From positions 1 through 64,000 of the IMG/VR virus record IMGVR_UViG_2799112742_000018: DNA of 64,000 nucleotides. One strand, given 5' to 3'. The notes beneath the pieces are model-generated. The model saw only the letters and a list, made by a program, of their open reading frames with translations, was not told the origin of the DNA and did no database searches. This document shows positions 29,955-41,522 of the stretch, piece after piece; the first letter of the stretch is position 1, and each line of letters begins with the position of its first letter. This stretch comes from a virus. Taxonomy: Duplodnaviria > Caudoviricetes. Both the position numbers and the translations under genes were made by a program.

Positions 29955-31214
29955 TCAGAGCATGGCAACCAAGGCATTATATACAGCTCTTCTCGTCAGT
30001 AATGCTTTCTGCATACATACCAACGTCAGATAACCTTCAATTTTCTCCTCAGTCTTTGCTCTGTTCGCCTTGACATTCTTTCCCTTGCCTCGGACAATAC
30101 ATCGTTTGAGGTCAGGCACATAGCCCAGTCCACCAATCTTATGGCGGTCAGTCTTACATCCTCTCAGTCTGTCCATGACGAAGTTATTCAATGTCATCAG
30201 GTCATCAGCCACATTCACCACTCTCAGAACTGAAGTAGCCCATGAGTATTCGCCTTTGTAGAGAAACCTGTTCACTTTGTTTATGGCAGACTCATAGCTC
30301 ACTCCATGCTTGGTGCGCTCCTCAATCTCTTTCTGAAACTTCTTCAGCCTTGTCTTGCTCAGGGTTCGCTCACCCCCTCTTATTGAAAAGCCAAGGAACT
30401 TGAACCACTTGTCCTTTCTGATTTCCTCAACTTTCTTCGGATTGAGTTTCATGTCCATATTCTGAAGCATACTACTCAGCACACCCATAGCCTTTTTGTA
30501 GCTCTTACCGATGTAGAGGATGTCATCAGAATACCTGATATACATTCCATTGTCTCGGTCTGCAACAAGAGTGATTGCCGTATCAATATGTCTCAGAACC
30601 ACGTCAGCCAGCCACGCCGCAACCGCACAGCCTTGCTTCAGTGATTGGTAATTGCTCTTTAGAACTCCATCCAAATCAAAGTACCAGTCAGAGTGATAAT
30701 AACTCCTGAGAACATCAATCACTTTCGACTTGCCCCATTTGTCCTCCACCTTGTCAAAGGCATTGTCAATAAACTCCAAGGGAACAGAATCAAAATACTT
30801 GCTCAGGTCAGCCTTGAAGCCAATCACCTCGCCCTCAGCCTCCGCAATAGTCTTGCTGATACCGATTACCACGTCACCACATCCAGTTCCAGTCAGATAG
30901 CTCTTGCAATTCTTATGCACCATCTCTGGCATCAGCTCGAAAAGCAAGTCATTTGCAATACTGAGGAAGATACGGTCAATAGGCTCATTCACATAGACCG
31001 TCCTAAACTCACCCTTCTCCTCCTTTGGTATCTGAGCAGTATGGGGTGGGGTAATGGTGTATGTTCCATTCTTCACAGCCTGATAGAGCCTTACTCTCGT
31101 AGCCTCTTTGGTCAGTTGATAAAGGTCAGCCTTGCGAATGTCCTTGTCCACTCCTTTGGCTAACGCATACCTCCAGCGCTCTGGCTCCATGAATTTTTGC
31201 AGAATTACGTCCAT
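29955..31214 (-). CDS. Reverse transcriptase, stand-alone 'unknown group' type
   Basis: IPKEEKGEFRTVYVNEPIDRI, KADLSKYFDSV, LKQGCAVAAWLADV, YIRYSDDILYIG, FKFLGFSI. Confidence 0.93.
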   Translation of the reverse strand: MDVILQKFMEPERWRYALAKGVDKDIRKADLYQLTKEATRVRLYQAVKNGTYTITPPHTAQIPKEEKGEFRTVYVNEPIDRIFLSIANDLLFELMPEMVHKNCKSYLTGTGCGDVVIGISKTIAEAEGEVIGFKADLSKYFDSVPLEFIDNAFDKVEDKWGKSKVIDVLRSYYHSDWYFDLDGVLKSNYQSLKQGCAVAAWLADVVLRHIDTAITLVADRDNGMYIRYSDDILYIGKSYKKAMGVLSSMLQNMDMKLNPKKVEEIRKDKWFKFLGFSIRGGERTLSKTRLKKFQKEIEERTKHGVSYESAINKVNRFLYKGEYSWATSVLRVVNVADDLMTLNNFVMDRLRGCKTDRHKIGGLGYVPDLKRCIVRGKGKNVKANRAKTEEKIEGYLTLVCMQKALLTRRAVYNALVAML

Positions 31215-34200
31215 CTAAGTTCTTTTTTATTTTCTTTATCTCCCAGTTATGAATGGTCAGCATGTCATCCTGGTCGGGATTTGCACCAGGATACGGCCAT
31301 TTACACACCCACTCAGGCGGCTCTTTCTTCTGTTTCTTGAAGTATGCCTCCTGAGCTTCCTTGACTTCTTTACATTTGTACCAGTCAGCACATTTACTGC
31401 CAATACACTCTGTTGTCTCTATCTGATTTGTCATTGTATAATTCCTCCAACATTTCTTCATAGTTCTCAATCTGAGAACTCATGGGCTTCTTGTCTTTGT
31501 TTGCATCCATTTTCTCTCCTCCTAAAAGTTATTAACTATTTTGGTTATCTCCTGCTCCAACAGTAGGTAATACTCCAACCCACCATTAACTTCCATTCCA
31601 ATCAGACGAAGCTTTCTGATACGTCTGATAGCTCTTTCAGTCACATTAAATGCTCCGCAAATCGGCCATTTATTTGAGTCATCATGCTTACGAAAGTAAC
31701 TATTTATCTTTCGTATTGACCACTCATTTACATCTTTTGGTTGTTCCATATTCCTGTTCTTTAAGTATGTGTACTCCAGTCTTTTATGTGTTCATGGTAG
31801 ATTATGCCACCATTCAGCCCACCACACTCATAGTCACGCTCAGTCCAGAAAGTAAATGATTTGGGAGCAAAATCAATTCCAATCATCACTCTTTCGCTCA
31901 TTCCAGTAATCATCCAATTCCTAAACTTTCTGACACACTTCAGCAGTTTCTCGCCCTCCTCACTCCTTGCGATTTGCATGAACTTACTGAAGGCTTGAGG
32001 CGTATTGAAACGTATCGGAACATGTTTACCCCAGTATTTGATTTCATCAGGAAACAACTCACGAATTTTGTCCTTCACATTTGCCTCAATCACAGTTAGA
32101 AGTGCGTTCAATGGGGTTGCACTAATTGGCTTCAATGAAACTCCATCATACAGATAGATGTCACTCTTAAAGCACTCAGCATCCTGATTTACAGCATACC
32201 CGATTGAGAGAGAGTTTGAACCCATGAAGATAAATCTTCGGGTTTCATTCTTCTTCAGCTTCTCCACAATATCGAATATGTCAATCAGCTCCAGATGTGT
32301 ATGGCTTTGTGTAACGCTCCATACGAAACAGCCATCGTAGTCTTTGAGTGTCTCCATGTCAAACTTGTAAAAGTCAGACTTGAACTGCTCCATTTTCTCC
32401 TCCACAATATCTGTCATTGCATTAATTATTTTCTTATTCATATTACTCCTCCTATGTTAGAAATAAACCTGTAGTGTCTGTTCACCCATTGTACAGAACA
32501 CATCATCTCCTTGTGCGCAGCCTTTGTGTATAGAGTACTGATTGCCTGCAAAAACTCGCTTTATTCCAAAGCAGTCAACAAACAGCCACTCAATACGAAG
32601 AAAGTGTCCATCTATCCAAATCTCATGCAGTTTTAATGAGTCCAATGCAACATGGTGTCTTCCATTGTCTTCCTGAGCCGCATACATTTCGTTTTGCTTA
32701 CGAAGTGTATTAATATCGCTTATAACTGCGATGGAAAAATCAAGCTTGTATGCTTGCTCCCCACGCCGCATTGCATCTTCCCTCGGAATGAGAACCAATG
32801 CCTTAACTCCGTCTCTCCATGTTCCTTTGTCACCACGAAGAAACTTCTCACTCATATAAAAGTCAACATCTGACTTTATGGGAACACAACCAACAATCGT
32901 GCTGAAAGTTACTATAACTTTGTCCATACTCAGTCCTCCTATTCTTCTGGTGTATCATCAACAATTATCAGATTGTTTGGGTTAAATCGCTCATCAGCAA
33001 GATGAATGTAGGCATTGATAAAATCCTCAAGTGAATAAAACATCACTCTTGGCATATAGCCTCCAATTTGCTTGACAGAGAATGCGCTACTCCATACCAT
33101 ATTTCGCTCATGTCCATTTTCTTCTGTTATTTTGCAGAAATCAAAGGTGGTTAATAATCTGTAGAAATTGCGGCCTACCTCTTTGTGTCTCAGGGCAAAG
33201 CATGAGTGTTCATTTGAAAGCTGGCTATCCACCTCCACTCCATAGATGCTCACAACTCTCAACTCACCATTCACCTCATCAACTCTGATATGTCTTTTAA
33301 TCCAATCACCATTGTCATTCTTCACTCTTAGCATGTCAAGAGATGGGAATTGTCCGAATGTATTGTTGATTGCCTCCAACGTCTTCTTTTTAATTTCAGA
33401 AATTTCTTTCATTTTCAGTCCTCCTATCCTAAACTAAATTGCCAACTATATTCGTAATAATGTCCTTCACACTCCAGGAAAACCCTATTGTGTTTGAAGT
33501 CCCTGTCTATCACTTTGTATTTTATAACCATGTCTTCCAAATCTCCTGAGTAGAATCTCACACATCTTTCTTCAAGAAGATGAGGCTCATCAAATGAACA
33601 TCTCAACTCTGGGCGATGCTTCAATGGCTCATCGTACTCTTCTTTGGTTATAATTCTCATTTCACCAAGATGCTCATGCTTGCGGTCAACTCGCAAGTAG
33701 AACTGCTTAGTGTGTTTATATCCAAAACGTGCCTCCCATCTTTCAAAGTGGGCACATGGATTTGGAAAACCCATCCAATACAGATTATACACCGCAGCCA
33801 CCGCATATCTCGCATCTGAGTCCATTATTCTCCAACATTCAAATGGGAAATTATATATCATAGTGAAATTATGAGATGGACTCCATGACATTGCATTTGC
33901 CCCATACACATTCTTGCTCACAATGTTCAACAATGTCTTGTATGCGGTCTCGTAATCTCCAGCCATTTCTGCTTTATGGCATTTTATTACTTCCCTCATC
34001 CTTGACTTCTTGTTGTACTTGTCAGTCCTGCGTGATCCAAACAATTTGGTCACACATTGCATCAGATTATAGTTCATACTCACTCCTCCTTGATTGTTGT
34101 ATCATTTGCAAACTCCTTGTGTTCATCCATCTCAGAAATAAGATGTCTGTATGCCTCAGTAGTCTCAAAGACCTCAGCCGCTTTCAAGTCAGTTATCTCA

Positions 34201-34785
34201 GTCTGAGCGAGAGCCGCACGATACAGATGCAGTCTTTGTTCAGCATCAATGTGCATAGACTCCAGTCTGTCAATTCTGTCTTTAAGCTGGTCATTCTCAA
34301 AACTCAGTTCACAGATGCCACTCACTACCCATACAGCAGCAAAGAATGCCACTACACATATTGTTGCGAATTGTTTCATTGTCTGTCCTCCAGTTATATT
34401 CTCTTATGCAATTCACACCACTCATTCGCCTTAGTGATAGACTTGAAATGCTTGTCAATCACCTTTCCGTCAGCCTCCACTCGGAAATCACCCTTACCCA
34501 TCTTGACAATAGTAAGATTATCATACACCTCACCCTTTGGCTTGAAAACCGTTGGTGTTACAACTGCCTTTGGCTTCTCTATTGCAGACAACACAACTAC
34601 CTTTGTAGCATTCTTTACGTTTGTAGCTACTGACTTGCAGAAATTCAAAGCCTCAGCGAGTGCCTTGTCTGCCTTACGCATTTTCTTGTTGTTCATATTT
34701 TGCTCAGTTTAGTTTTAATTTCTACATTCAGTAATAGTTACGCTTTCAGTCAAATCCTTCAGCATTAACTTACTTTAACTAAAAA

Positions 34786-34812
34786 GCGCTGACAGATTAC
34801 TCCGTCAGCGCC
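34786..34812 (-). terminator. Rho-independent terminator
   Basis: GCGCTGAC..GTCAGCGC stem with U tract on minus. Confidence 0.65.
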
Positions 34813-36076
34813 CAATTAACAACTACAACTAAATGACCTTTCTTGTCCCGAATAAGCGCTCATATAACTCAGCACTCTTTTCAAGTGCAAGCGCTTTCAA
34901 CTCCCTCAGATGTTCCTCACTCATGCGCTGTTCCTCACGCTCATGACGAGCCTTAAAACGTGCAGCATACCAATTCTTGCCTCTAAATGGGCGCTTAGGC
35001 TGCTCTGGTGAAGCGCTCATTACGCGCTCCACCATACGACAGCTATGCTTACTTGTGTGGTACTCCACCTCAACAAGGCGGTGTCCTTCGATTATCAATT
35101 CTTTTCTCATGGCTTATTTCTTTATCAGGTTCTCACGTTCTGTCTTCAGTGCCATAAGGCGGTCATTTAGTATGTCGAATACCACTCCCTTGTCAGCACC
35201 CATCATCTCCTTGAGGACAATGATGATTTTCTCATTCAGCTTTTCAGCCTCCTCATTTGTCTTCTCCACTGCCATTGGTACAGGATGGATAGCTACTGGG
35301 ATTGTGTCAGGACATACACCGCCCTTGATAAGATTGTTTGATTTTGACTCAGCATTAGCGCTCATGCTAACAAGTGCAACCATTGTTGCGAGAATAAGTT
35401 TCTTCATAATTGTTTGTTTTTGATTAATTAATTGATTGATTTGAAATTATCCCTCAGAAATTAGTTGAGGGTGTGTAAAAGAATGCACTCAGAACCAATA
35501 CAGCCACGAATATGACTGCGATTACCAGTGTCTCATAGTCGTTTCTGTCCATAGCTCAGTTCTTGTAGAAATACTGACCTTGAGTAGTTGTACAACCACC
35601 ACTCCAGCCTTGTTTGCTGTATATCTCACGCATAGGGTTCTTGAAACCCTTGATGAACACTAATTTGCTACTTATTTTACGTACTCCCATGATTTAGTCC
35701 TCCTTAATTTTGATGTTTAGTTCCTTGCAAATCTGTGCTTTTATGTCTTTGTTCAAATACTGGCGGTAAAACTTATTGTTCTTGCTCAGCTTGCATACAT
35801 AACACGCTCCAGACTTCTTATTTACGATAATAGGATAGGAATTACCCCTTGAGTCCTCGTACTTGTACTGAGTAACCAATGTGTCACGCACATAGGTCTT
35901 CCTCTCAGCCTTAAATACGTTTCCACTCCTTGAAACACTCTGGGCACTCATGCTACATACTGCTAACAAAAGTGCGAAAATGATATATAATTTTTTCATC
36001 GTTTTGCTCAGTTTTGATATAAAATGAGTGACCTACTCTCACGAGCAAGTCACCCCGAATAACAATTCTATGTTGC

Positions 36077-36514
36077 TTATGCTGCTTTTATTCCTGTCAG
36101 CTTAACGAACTCCTTGAGGTTCTTCTCAGGCACCTTGTACCCATGAACATAACCCCAGTACTTGCAGAGCTTGCTCAGCTTGCCATTCGTCAGGAGGTCA
36201 TGGAGATGCTTGGTAGCCTTCTCGTCCTTGCCTGTGAGGATGTAGAGGGTTGACTCCGTACCATCCAACTTGACGTACTTCTTGAGCTTCAGTCCGAGCT
36301 TCTTGATGATCTTTGCATCAATAGTCATGAACTGCTCGACTCCCTGGAATGTACGTGCGACTGCCTCCTTTGCCTCAGCGCTCACCTTTGTCTTGATAGT
36401 CACTTTCTTCTTGATTGTGACGTTCTTCTTTGTTGACTCACTTGCAGCCTTAGCCACGTTCTTCACACTCTTCTTCTCAGCTTTAGGTGCTGTAACCTTC
36501 TTTGTCTGTTTCAT
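36077..36514 (-). CDS. Basic protein with Lys/Ala-rich histone-H1-like N-terminus
   Basis: MKQTKKVTAPKAEKKSVKNVAKAAS... Confidence 0.7.
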   Translation of the reverse strand: MKQTKKVTAPKAEKKSVKNVAKAASESTKKNVTIKKKVTIKTKVSAEAKEAVARTFQGVEQFMTIDAKIIKKLGLKLKKYVKLDGTESTLYILTGKDEKATKHLHDLLTNGKLSKLCKYWGYVHGYKVPEKNLKEFVKLTGIKAA

Positions 36515-38654
36515 AATTGTAGTTTGTTTGATTGATTGTTATATTAAGTTTAATAACTCACTCAGCATTTTGTCTGACAGAACCAAAACTCCATGCTTGC
36601 TCTTCTCTGCAAAGAAAAACTCAATTCTGCTCCTTGCGTCACGTTTAGCCTCCTCCAATTTGGCTTGGATATGCTCAGAACATGACTCTTGCTTTGCATA
36701 ATTGTAGCCCTCATGGATGCCAACTTTGTAGCAGTCCATTGCATGTGCCCCGAATATGCCCTCGACTTCTGGCATTCCCTCAGCTAATATTTTCTTTATG
36801 TCAGCCATATTTTTATCTCCTATGTTTTTATGCCCAGTCATCTGGAATTGTACTTTCAGTTTGCTCCTCAAAAACTTGCATCATGTTAGTCAGTTCACCC
36901 CACTCCCATTCGCCAGTCCTCTTAATCATTTTCCACTTGTCTCTGACAGGAAAAATATACGTACACAACACTCCTCCGAATGTACCATAGTGATAGCGAC
37001 TCTCGATGTCATTGAGGTCACTTGGACTTGACTCAGGTGTTATGAACTCAGTCCCGACAGCATTCAGTAAAAATGACTGAATAGCCTCTTCCGAGAGTTT
37101 TCCACTCACAATGACTGCGGGTTCATTATCATCGCTCACACTCAGTAAGTGATTGTTACTTATGCCTTTCTTGGCAAGGTTCTCCAACAATGTCTGAAGG
37201 ATGTAGCAAGCATCTGCAAGCTCACTCCATTGCCATGCCGTATTGTCTTTACAAAGTCTCATTTTAAGCCCTCCCATTTCTTGATTTTCTTGTATATTTT
37301 AGTACTCCCGATAGCTGCTGCGGCAGTATCCACAACTCCAGCAAGCCACAGGATTATCATTACCATGTACACTCCAGCATCTGCCCATTTGAATCTGAAC
37401 ATCGGACTGCTCACTTCTTCCACAATTGTCTCGTAGAATGATATGGTCATCATGACTGTGAATATTCCGAATAAGATGCTCAGAGTAGCCATAAAGGCAA
37501 CTCCCCAATATTTCTTTATCTGTTTCATTTTTAGTCCTCCAATTTACTTGATAAAACACTCATCTTTCATGTCAGCAAAAGCTGCTCCATAACACTCTCT
37601 CATGCTCTGCACAGACTCCTTTGAGTCCATCGCATAGGCAGATGCTACTATCGCAGCAAGTGCCACCATTTCTCTTTTACTCATATCGTTTTGTATTTGA
37701 TTTTGTTGCACATGGGTTTGACTTGTAGATTACTCCGTACATGCCAGCCTTGATTGTATTTGTGAAATTCTCATCTTTCAGAGTCTGTGTCATATTCTTG
37801 CGATTAAAGGCTCTGTAATGATTTTTTTCTCCACGCTTCCACTCACGATGTTCAGCATGGTCAGGTGTAGAATATATGCCTGATAGAATGTCAAATGTCA
37901 CTCCTCCACGCTTTCCATGCTTTCTTGAACTATGTCCAAGACACTCCATAAAGATGTCCTGTGTCCTTGACTTACTCAATGGCTTACCAACAGACTCCCT
38001 ATTGTACCATTTGATACACTCTTCCATGTTATTTCCATGTGTATGATACAATGGGATACATTTCTTACCCTTGATGACATATCCATGACTCCTTGCAAGG
38101 GCAATATTCCTCTCTGTTGCATCCATTACTTGCCATTTCAGACCAAAACGTGCCACCACAATATGTTTTCTGTTGATAGAACACGCTCCAATATATGCAA
38201 TCTCACTCAGCTTGAAATTATCTGATGATATGCACATTTTTGATAGACACAATTTGCCTATCTCCATTCTGCTAAGTTGCTCACGTCTTGTCTTGACGTG
38301 TGCTGACTCACCTTTTCTCATTTTCAATTCCTCCTACTTCCAAGCTGTTATGAATTGATAATCCCTCCACAAAAGTGCATCAAAATCATCTTCGCACACC
38401 TTCTGAAGGTCTTCGATAAACTGCTCCACATCATGAGCGAGTACAGGGTTTTGCTCCTTCTTCGCTCCACACATCAGGGCAAACAAGTCCTCATAGTTTT
38501 TGCCTGTGCCGTACTTGTCATAAAAGTCTTGTACAGTCATACTGTCTCGCTCACTCAGGTAGAGCGCTCTCCATTTTTAATCCAACATTAGGGGAGTGGT
38601 GGGGCAGACGAACCCCACTCCATTTTACGTCCCAATCACTCCGATATAGTCCGC

Positions 38655-39314
38655 TTAGAACACCACGTCAGCCTTGTTAATCTTGTATGCGCGGCGCACC
38701 TTCTCCTTGCCGACTACCTTGCCGTCCCTGTCCTTGAGTTCGATGTCCACATACTTAGCGATGTAACACTCAGTCACAGACTCCCAAGACTTTGCAGCCT
38801 TGTCAGCCTTTTCCTGCTCCTTGGCATAGCTCTTGCTCTGTACGAGTCCACGCTTGATAGTCACCCAATTCCAACGGCATGGATCCACTTGGGTGAGTAC
38901 GTACATGCTGAATGACTCACCCTCTGGATCCTCAGCAGCCTCTTTAGATGTGTACACTCTGTACTTCTTCTCCTTACCATCTTCTTCGCTTGCCACATAA
39001 GTAGCTGGTACGTTCTTGAACACACATGAGCCAAGCACCTTGCCCTCGTCACTCTTCAGAGTCATGGCATCATGCCAACCCTTTGCGAGTGTAGCAGGAG
39101 TGTAGCCCATTTTCTTGCCCTTTGCGGACACGTAGCGGTTCACTCCATAGGTGGCAAGGAATGCCTCTACGGTGAGTCCGTCTGTGTCTGCCAAGACATC
39201 ATGATAACGTCCTGAGAGCTGATTGAGTACTGAAGAGAGCTGTCCTGTAATCTCAAGGAGAGCCTTCCAACCTTTGTTCTCTTGCTTACGTGTGATAGTT
39301 GTCTGCTTAGTCAT
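38655..39314 (-). CDS. First gene of the leftward early transcript, hypothetical
   Basis: Start reassigned to MTKQTT (ATG at 39314); codon usage resembles the other early genes. Confidence 0.75.
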   Translation of the reverse strand: MTKQTTITRKQENKGWKALLEITGQLSSVLNQLSGRYHDVLADTDGLTVEAFLATYGVNRYVSAKGKKMGYTPATLAKGWHDAMTLKSDEGKVLGSCVFKNVPATYVASEEDGKEKKYRVYTSKEAAEDPEGESFSMYVLTQVDPCRWNWVTIKRGLVQSKSYAKEQEKADKAAKSWESVTECYIAKYVDIELKDRDGKVVGKEKVRRAYKINKADVVF

Positions 39315-39815
39315 AGCTGTAGATTTAGCGTGTTGCCACGCATGGAGCATCCTGTAGCCCCGCTTAATGAAACATTTAGTGAATGAATAAGTGGAAAAGG
39401 GCGCAGTCAGTACTACGTACCAATACCCACACCATGCAAGTGCATTTAGTGTGAGTCCCTTTTCCGAACACCACTATATGTCAAGCAATCTGCGACAATT
39501 CGGAAAACTAAGAGTTCTATTGCGACAATAACGCACCCTGTGCTTGTACGTTTTGCGTGAACCACCCACCCAGGGGGCGCTATGCTTATTGTATCAGAGC
39601 CAAACCTGATACGCATATTGCGATTTTGCTGCTATTCACGCATCTTTCGCTTGAGTTGTTTTTCGGGTAAATATTAACTCGCCCTATGGTGCAACCACCA
39701 TGCACCCCACTACAACCATTTACGAGGGTGACTAAATATGCCCACACATGTACATATCATCGGTATTTATTGACTACATACCTAACTATACACACTATCT
39801 AAAAGCATATAATTG

Positions 39816-39970
39816 TAGCATTCCACTACATAACGTTATAGCATTCCACTATTAACGTGCCACTACAAAGGTAGTGCGTATTGTGTGACAATAAAACAAG
39901 AGAACACTTTGTCATGTTAGCAACACATGACCACTACAAAGGTAGTGCGAAAATTAAGTAAGTACCACTA
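39816..39970. repeat. CCACTA repeats including two CCACTACAAAGGTAGTGCG palindromic copies
   Basis: 19-mer at 39860-39878 and 39931-39949; TAGCATTCCACTA at 39816-39828 and 39839-39851. Confidence 0.8.
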
Positions 39971-40072
39971 TAACAAGTGCAAAACAAAAGCACATTATCA
40001 TAATATCATATCAAGTATTGAAAGCGTCGGTACCTCGTTACAAGTGAGGTGTTATCCTTAACTTTCTGAGAG

Positions 40073-40101
40073 CAAATATACGACATGAAAAGTTTCTCGC
40101 A
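40073..40101 (-). promoter_or_regulatory. Host-type promoter driving the leftward early arm
   Basis: TATATTTG (-7) at 40073-40080 and TTGC (-33) at 40098-40101 on minus. Confidence 0.6.
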
Positions 40102-41106
40102 ATAGTTTAGGGTAACTTTTTTCAAAAAAAATTTTATATGAATGATTTTTCTTTATAAAGCATATAGGAATAGCGTGTACGCGCGAGGGTAACTAATTGA
40201 AAATAAGTGAGTTATAAGAAAATGAAAATTTTTTGCATTTTGATTGATTTTGATAGCGAAATTTTTGGAGAAAAAGCCGTTTTTGATAGTGAGTGAAGAC
40301 GATTTTGATACTTGATTTTTGTAGTTTGTGAAAATTGAGGTAGAAATAAGGGTTTTTAATATCAAAAACGATCAAAATAGGAAAAGAAAAGTTGAGGTAT
40401 GAAAACGAGATAACACACATATAAGCATAGCTTATTAAAGGGTATTTAAGGAAATAGAGGACAAAATTGATATTTTAGGGTATAGTGAAAAGCACTAAAA
40501 GCACCGAAAGACTAAAAAGTGGAAAAATAGAACAAAAGATACAGAAAAATAGAAAAGTTTCACTTATTGCAAAAGTGAAACAAGACAAGACTAAAAACCT
40601 TAATAGAATATACTGAGAGGCACATTTAACCAAAAAAAGAGGGGAGGGTGTCCCCGAAAACTGGAAGGGCACACGTAAAATTTTCCAAATTTTCAAGTCC
40701 CATTTTTCTAACCCCATCCGCACCCATCCTCACTTATAGAACCCCTCAAAAACCCACATTTTCACCATTTTTCACCCATCCGCACCTGACCACACACGCC
40801 CGATTCCCTATAAATTAGCCTCTCTGTGACGTTTTCTCGTCCTAACCCTTACAACCTCCCACCTCACCCTTAAAAAACGCCTCAAAACGCCTAATTTTTA
40901 AGCCTTTCATTTTTAGTCAATTATTAAGAAACGTTCCCGAAGGGAACAGGCACGAAGTGCATTACCAAATAAACCCCATAAAACCACCTTATTTTCCCCA
41001 AAAATCTTTTCCGAATTATAAAAAACCTTAAAAAACACACCCCAAAAATTTTTTCGGCCTCATTTTCAAGTCCGATTTTCCTATTATTTATCGGTAATAC
41101 TCATAA

Positions 41107-41199
41107 GCCAGCCCCATCCCAGACTGATGACCTAATGGTACGGTGATACATATATAGCGATGTAGGTTCGAGTCCTTCCTTTCTGGGATCGGGACTGGC
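41107..41199 (+). ncRNA. tRNA-like structured RNA (pseudo-tRNA)
   Basis: D-loop-like ACCTAATGGTACGGT, T arm AGG-TTCGAGT-CCT, extended closing stem ATCCCAGA/TCTGGGAT and GCCAG/CTGGC; no proper anticodon arm. Confidence 0.55.
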
Positions 41200-41522
41200 A
41201 ATAAGAGACAATTCTTTCTTTACAACTCCATATTCAATCAGTGCGCTGCTCACTCACATACTGATACCCAAGCTTTATGAGAGAAACGTAAGGGCGCACT
41301 TTTCTTTTCGACATTATGCAAAAAAGACTTATAATATCAATACTCTTCATTCCAGCCATTCTTATAACAATATGCTGGGAATTTCTCAGTTTCCTGTCAT
41401 ACCCGATTATAGCATGGATATACTGGATAAGAACAGGCAAGACAGATATAAGCCACATCTTCGACAAGATAGTACGTATCCCAATAGACACCTGGAAATC
41501 AATCTTATAAAACAACAATAAT

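Larger units (their letters stand above)
31126..38540 (-). other. Block of early hypothetical genes, many with GGAGG ribosome-binding sites
   Basis: Coupled ORFs 31522-31749, 31761-32441, 32457-32927, 32939-33412, 33424-34083, 34080-34379, 34394-34696, 34829-35110, 35114-35407, 35694-35999, 36539-36871, 36828-37277, 37259-37528, 37677-38327, 38334-38540. Confidence 0.7.

Noticed and set aside
29955-31214. DGR, group II intron or classical retron assignment of the RT
   Set aside because: No TR/VR pair with adenine-specific differences or avd seen, no domain V/VI or maturase context, no VTG motif, and the ncRNAs are multiple and downstream
33876-34712. 278 aa plus-strand ORF and other long antisense ORFs (28377-28847, 30693-31163)
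   Set aside because: Overlap well-formed coupled minus-strand genes
40153-40723. Minus-strand ORFs in the skewed region
   Set aside because: Low-complexity F/L/I/S-rich translations caused by compositional skew
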